Source: Abditibacteriaceae bacterium
Lineage (GTDB): Bacteria; Armatimonadota; Abditibacteriia; Abditibacteriales; Abditibacteriaceae
Reading direction: 5' to 3'
Length of the DNA: 10,087 bases
NCBI GenBank assembly: GCA_031425655.1
Contig: JANPJS010000284.1
Location: 1 to 10,087, forward strand
How positions within the stretch are numbered: the first letter of the stretch is position 1; each line of letters begins with the position of its first letter. The translations under genes and the position numbers were made by a program. The notes beneath the pieces are model-generated. The model was not told the origin of the DNA and did not search any database. It saw only the letters and a list, made by a program, of their open reading frames with translations. Shown in pieces: positions 5,777-10,087 of this stretch.

Positions 5777-7318
5777 ATGACCGAAGCTCCGACCAAAATC
5801 GCGCCGTTATTGGAAGTGCGCGGCATCGGCAAACGCTTTTTCGGCGTGCGTGCGCTCGCCGATGTCGGCCTGAGCTTGCAACGCGGCGAAGTGCTGGCGG
5901 TCATCGGCGAAAATGGCGCCGGCAAAAGCACGCTAATGAAAATTTTAGCGGGCGTGCAAAAGCCGGATGACGGCGAAATTTTGCTCGACGGCCACGCTGT
6001 GCAGTTGCATTCGGTGGCCGATGCGCTGGGTTTTGGTATCGCGCTGATTCACCAAGAACTCAATTTGGCCGACAACCTTGATGTCGGCTCGAATATCTTT
6101 TTGGGCCGCGAGCCGCGTCGCGCCGGATTCATTGATAAACGCCGTATTTACCACGATTCCAGCGAGCTTTTGCGCCGTGTCGGCCTGCCTGTTTCGCCGC
6201 GCACTATCGTTGAAACGCTATCTATCGGCCAACAGCAAATGGTCGAAATCGCCAAAGCGATTTCGGTAGATGCGCGCGTTCTCATCATGGATGAGCCGAC
6301 TTCGAGCCTGTCGCAGGGCGAAACCGAGCATCTTTTTCGCGTCGTGCGCGATCTGCGCGAGCGCGGCATCAGCGTGATTTACATTTCTCACCGCTTGGGC
6401 GAAGTTAAAGAATTGGCCGACCGCGTGGTGGTTTTGCGCGACGGTCAAAACGCCGGAGAATTGACGCGTGGCGAAATCGAGCACGAACGCATGGTCAAAC
6501 TGATGATTGGCCGCGATGTGTCGCAGTTTTATCAGCGCGCAGAGAATACAGTCGGCGAAATTGTGTTGGACGTGCGTGAGTTGCGAACCGCCGCGCATCC
6601 TCGCCATCGTCTTAGTTTCGAGGTTCGCAGCGGGGAAATTGTCGGCGTGGCCGGTTTGGTTGGCGCCGGACGCACCGAGATGTTAGAAGCGTTATTCGGC
6701 GTGGCCCCGCCTGTGGGCGGGACAGTGCAAGTCGCTGGAAAAACTGTCACGCCGCGCAGCCCGCGCGATGCGATTAGTGCCGGAATCGCGCTTGTGCCTG
6801 AAGACCGCAAGCAGCAAGGTCTGATTTTGGAAATGGCGATTTCCGAAAATCTTGGCTTGCCGAGCCTGCGCCGCACGCAGCGTAGCGGCTTTCTCAATCA
6901 CGCCGAAGAGCGCACCATTTCGCGGCGAATGTTTGGCGAGTTGAACATCCGCGCTGCGGGCGACCGGCAGGCGGTGCAGTTTTTGTCGGGCGGCAATCAG
7001 CAAAAAGTCGTGTTGGGCAAATGGCTGGCGATGGCGCCGCGCCTGCTTTTGATGGATGAACCCACGCGCGGCGTGGACATCGGCGCCAAGCAGGAAATCT
7101 ATCGCATCATGGAGCAACTTGCGGCAAATGGCGTGGCGATTCTCTTCGTATCCAGCGAGTTGGAAGAGATTATGGGCATCTCCGACCGCGCCCTCGTGAT
7201 GCACGAAGGGCGCATCACCGGCGAATTGGCGCGATGTGAGTTCAGCGAAGAAGGCATCATGCGACTGGCTACGGGCGGCGCGCAAAAAGCAGAAAAATCA
7301 TTGGCCGGGCCGGAATAA
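5777..7318 (+). CDS. Sugar ABC transporter ATP-binding protein (RbsA/MglA-like, two fused ABC domains)
   Basis: Walker [17 protein letters not shown] and LIMDEPT in the first domain; [24 protein letters not shown] and [11 protein letters not shown] in the second. Confidence 0.96.
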   Translation: MTEAPTKIAPLLEVRGIGKRFFGVRALADVGLSLQRGEVLAVIGENGAGKSTLMKILAGVQKPDDGEILLDGHAVQLHSVADALGFGIALIHQELNLADNLDVGSNIFLGREPRRAGFIDKRRIYHDSSELLRRVGLPVSPRTIVETLSIGQQQMVEIAKAISVDARVLIMDEPTSSLSQGETEHLFRVVRDLRERGISVIYISHRLGEVKELADRVVVLRDGQNAGELTRGEIEHERMVKLMIGRDVSQFYQRAENTVGEIVLDVRELRTAAHPRHRLSFEVRSGEIVGVAGLVGAGRTEMLEALFGVAPPVGGTVQVAGKTVTPRSPRDAISAGIALVPEDRKQQGLILEMAISENLGLPSLRRTQRSGFLNHAEERTISRRMFGELNIRAAGDRQAVQFLSGGNQQKVVLGKWLAMAPRLLLMDEPTRGVDIGAKQEIYRIMEQLAANGVAILFVSSELEEIMGISDRALVMHEGRITGELARCEFSEEGIMRLATGGAQKAEKSLAGPE

Positions 7319-7330
7319 GGGCATTATTTC

Positions 7331-8380
7331 ATGGCGCAATCATCAGAAATCACGCAAACGGCGGTCGAAAAAAGCATCTCGGCGGGGCCGCGCCCGCAGC
7401 TCAAGATTTTAGGCATTTTGGGTCTGCTCATCGTGGCCTGCATGGTGACCGCGATTCTCAGCGACCGTTTTACCACGCCTTATAACATCGAAAACCTCAT
7501 CCGGCGCACGGCTTTGTTCGGGATTCTCAGTATCGGTGCCGCCTTCGTCATCATCGCGGGCGGCATAGATTTGTCCATCGGCTCGGTTGTGGCGCTCACA
7601 GGCTGCCTTTTGCCCTGGCTGGTGGTGCAGCAAAAGTGGCCGGTCGGCGGCGCGCTGTGCGCCGTTTTGGGGTTGTCGCTGCTGATTGGCCTCTCCCACG
7701 GGCTGCTCATCACCAAATTGAAGATTCAGCCGTTTATCGTGACGCTGTGCGGATTATTGCTGTATCGCGGCCTGGCGCGCGGACTCACGCGCGATCAAAC
7801 GCAAGGCTTTGAGAATGGCTTCGAGCAACTGCGACTGCTCTCGACCGGCAAGATTGCCATTCCCTTCGTGCAGGGCTTTTTGCTTCCCGCGCCGTTCGTG
7901 ATTCTTCTCATCGTCGCCGCGCTGTCGGCTGTGATTTTGAACCAGACCATCGCCGGGCGATATTTGCGCGCGTTGGGCCGCAACGAGCAGGCCGCACGTT
8001 ACAGCGGTATCAACACCGACCGCATGACGATTTTGGCCTACATGATGTGTTCGCTGCTGGCCGGATTCGGCGGCCTGCTTTTCGTGCTTGATGTCAACTC
8101 GGCGCAGCCTTCGGATTTCGGCAACTTTTACGAGCTTTACGCCATCGCAGCGGCGGTTTTAGGCGGCTGCAGCTTGCGCGGCGGCGAAGGCACCATCATC
8201 GGCGTTTTAATCGGCACCGCAGTAATGCAGGTGCTTCGCAACTCGATCACGCTGCTCGATATTCCCACGCAAATGGAATTCGCCATCATCGGCGCTGTAA
8301 TTTTGGCCGGCGTCGTGGCCGACGAGCTAATCACGCGCTGGGCCGCTCGTCGCCGTGCCGTGCGCGAAGCCGCCGCTTAA
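7331..8380 (+). CDS. Sugar ABC transporter permease (RbsC-like)
   Basis: Multiple hydrophobic helices; GGIDLSIGS, IQPFIVTL, GRYLRALGRNEQAARYSGI and YELYAIAAAVLGGCSLRGGEG motifs. Starts 12 nt after the ATPase stop. Confidence 0.95.
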   Translation: MAQSSEITQTAVEKSISAGPRPQLKILGILGLLIVACMVTAILSDRFTTPYNIENLIRRTALFGILSIGAAFVIIAGGIDLSIGSVVALTGCLLPWLVVQQKWPVGGALCAVLGLSLLIGLSHGLLITKLKIQPFIVTLCGLLLYRGLARGLTRDQTQGFENGFEQLRLLSTGKIAIPFVQGFLLPAPFVILLIVAALSAVILNQTIAGRYLRALGRNEQAARYSGINTDRMTILAYMMCSLLAGFGGLLFVLDVNSAQPSDFGNFYELYAIAAAVLGGCSLRGGEGTIIGVLIGTAVMQVLRNSITLLDIPTQMEFAIIGAVILAGVVADELITRWAARRRAVREAAA

Positions 8381-8390
8381 TCGCGCCAAG

Positions 8391-8419
8391 TTGCGGCATA
8401 CGGCGCTTCAATGCACACT
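8391..8419 (+). promoter_or_regulatory. Possible sigma70-type promoter for the transglutaminase-like gene
   Basis: TTGCGG, 17-nt spacer, CACACT. Same layout as the tRNA promoter but a weaker -10. Confidence 0.25.
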
Positions 8420-8448
8420 GAGCGCAGTTTCAGCAGGAAGGACTTGTC

Positions 8449-9849
8449 ATGAAATTCCACAATCGACAGAAAGAGGTTGATTCCTCAAAGCGGCAGTTCA
8501 TTGAGCGTGCAGCTCTCTCCGCAATGGCGGCCACTCCGGCGTTCCGATTGATGTTTGGGCTGACTGGCTCAAACCGTGAGCAAGTTCTGGCTGCGGAAGT
8601 TGGCGCCAAACCGCTGTTTGGGCCACTGGTGCCATCGCCACTCGTCAAACCTGCAGAGATTCTCTACGACAAAATCATTCCTGAATTTCCCAAGCCGACC
8701 GTTCTCCTGCCTGACGCACCATGCTTTCAGCCGAATTTCGTGCCTCGGTATTTTGTGGAAACCGTGGCCAAAACCATTGACCTATCGTATGTCGTTGATT
8801 TTTCAACAGGCTTTAGGTATTTGAAGGATCAACCATTCTGGAAGCGATATGCCGGGTTCATTGTTCTCGACCCCCACCGGAACATTGGCGGGTTGCGCGT
8901 CAAAAAGTCGCGCATTGAGGTGAACGGGCAGCCAGTTATTGTGGACGGCAAAGAGATGATGGGCACCCGTAAAACCGATTTTATCGCGGGGAACGATTAC
9001 ATTTTTCTTACTGTTTCGCCAGAGCAAAGGACTCGTGACTTTTTCGCAAACCTGAAATTCACCGTTTCTGTGGTTGGCGAACTCGTCAACTATTACCCCG
9101 TTTTGAACACCAGGAGAATTCCCGTGAAGGATTTTCCGAAAGCGCCCTATTTCGGAAAATCCTTTGGCATTGAGCCGGGCGCACAAATGCCGTTTGAACT
9201 CTCTAACAGACTGACCGAGGCCTTTAAATTAAAAAATTCGCCTGGAGGAGAAGCCCGATACCACCAACCGAATTTGCCGGTTCTGTTCAAAGACAAGGGT
9301 TTATTGCGCGAGGATGGAGAGCTTCCTTCGCATTCCATGGTGCGAATTTTGGGAAACCTCAAAGCTGCCACTGTTTACGATGCAAACAACTTCAATGTTA
9401 CAGCCACTGAAATTTTGCAATTAAAGAAAACGGAATGCACCGGGCTTAGTTCGGTTGCTGTTACAGCTTGTGGTTACGCCGGAGTGCCGGCGTGGGGAGT
9501 AAAGGGAATCGTCCCCGAACAAAAGTCTGGTCACGCGGATGCCGTTATAGTGCCCGCTGACCTGCCTTACCCCTTTATAGTTGACCTGACCTGTTTAGGT
9601 GACCGGCGGCGGCCCGACGATATTCTCGACACGATGAAAGAGGGTGCAAACCGGCTTTTCATTCCTGTGCTCCAAGGGATTAATCACGGGTATGAAGGGC
9701 CATTTGGACCAACAAGATCTTCAAGCTATAACCATATTGTAGGCTACTCTTCTCTTTCACTTGTTGATCCAGACTGCGAGATTGGACATGGCGTATACGC
9801 TGGCACCGTAGATTTCAACAAAAAAACGGTTTTGTGCAAGGTCGGATAG
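8449..9849 (+). CDS. Probably exported protein with a C-terminal transglutaminase-like (cysteine protease fold) domain
   Basis: AGGA upstream of the ATG; Tat-like SKRQFI with an Ala-rich h-region and VLA-AE. Transglutaminase-core-like segment ECTGLSSVAVTACGYAGVPAWGVKG...GHAD...FIVDLT gives Cys330, His362, Asp379. The N-terminal 300 aa are unrecognised. Confidence 0.7.
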   Translation: MKFHNRQKEVDSSKRQFIERAALSAMAATPAFRLMFGLTGSNREQVLAAEVGAKPLFGPLVPSPLVKPAEILYDKIIPEFPKPTVLLPDAPCFQPNFVPRYFVETVAKTIDLSYVVDFSTGFRYLKDQPFWKRYAGFIVLDPHRNIGGLRVKKSRIEVNGQPVIVDGKEMMGTRKTDFIAGNDYIFLTVSPEQRTRDFFANLKFTVSVVGELVNYYPVLNTRRIPVKDFPKAPYFGKSFGIEPGAQMPFELSNRLTEAFKLKNSPGGEARYHQPNLPVLFKDKGLLREDGELPSHSMVRILGNLKAATVYDANNFNVTATEILQLKKTECTGLSSVAVTACGYAGVPAWGVKGIVPEQKSGHADAVIVPADLPYPFIVDLTCLGDRRRPDDILDTMKEGANRLFIPVLQGINHGYEGPFGPTRSSSYNHIVGYSSLSLVDPDCEIGHGVYAGTVDFNKKTVLCKVG

Positions 9850-9971
9850 CACTCAAGGCAGACCAATGACGAAATCGCTTGGTTCAAAAATCAGCCTACG
9901 TTGCTAAAAGCAATCGAGATGGCTGCGGGAAATTCGAGTGACCCAGCATGAGGCCGAACAAGAGACTATGT

Positions 9972-10010
9972 TGACAAGGGGTAAAACGACCTCTTGTCAT
10001 TTTTATTTTT
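9972..10010 (+). terminator. Rho-independent terminator
   Basis: TGACAAGGGGT-AAAACG-ACCTCTTGTCA (11-bp stem, one G-U pair) followed by TTTTTATTTTT. Confidence 0.7.
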
Positions 10011-10060
10011 CGGCCCTTGTTTTCAAGCCTCTTGGGGCTGGTTTTGCGGAAGGTTTTGCC

Positions 10061-10087
10061 ATGACGCATCGAAGGGTTTTTGGTGTT
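10061..10087 (+). CDS. Possible 5' end of the next gene (MTHRRVFGV...), truncated by the window
   Basis: GGAAGG (10048-10053) lies 7 nt before the ATG at 10061, and the frame is open to the window end with a signal-peptide-like start. Only 9 codons are visible. Confidence 0.35.

Noticed and set aside
9971..9999. Perfect TTGACA as a -35 box, or the hairpin as part of a riboswitch
   Set aside because: No -10 hexamer at 16-18 nt spacing and no aptamer consensus I can recognise. A stem plus T-tract terminator explains it.

Overview
Bacterial chromosomal window of moderately high GC. Its Tat-exported Gfo/Idh/MocA and beta-propeller genes resemble those of Planctomycetota, Verrucomicrobiota or Armatimonadota/Abditibacteriota, but the taxon cannot be fixed from sequence alone. 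Left to right: a perfect bidirectional terminator; a Tat-signal Gfo/Idh/MocA oxidoreductase (minus strand); a possible small membrane ORF; a stand-alone tRNA-Ile(GAU) with its own promoter and a possible att-site scar; then a plus-strand run of a Tat beta-propeller protein, an SDR oxidoreductase and a ribose-type (CUT2) sugar ABC transporter (lipoprotein SBP, ATPase, permease). The run ends with a lower-GC, probably exported transglutaminase-like (Cys-His-Asp) protein whose reading frame stays open for 33 codons past its TAG. The most unusual feature is non-coding: three consecutive intergenic gaps carry five distinct palindromic REP/MITE-like elements, one nested in another and one containing canonical G-quadruplex motifs. 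I found no CRISPR array, integrase or transposase.
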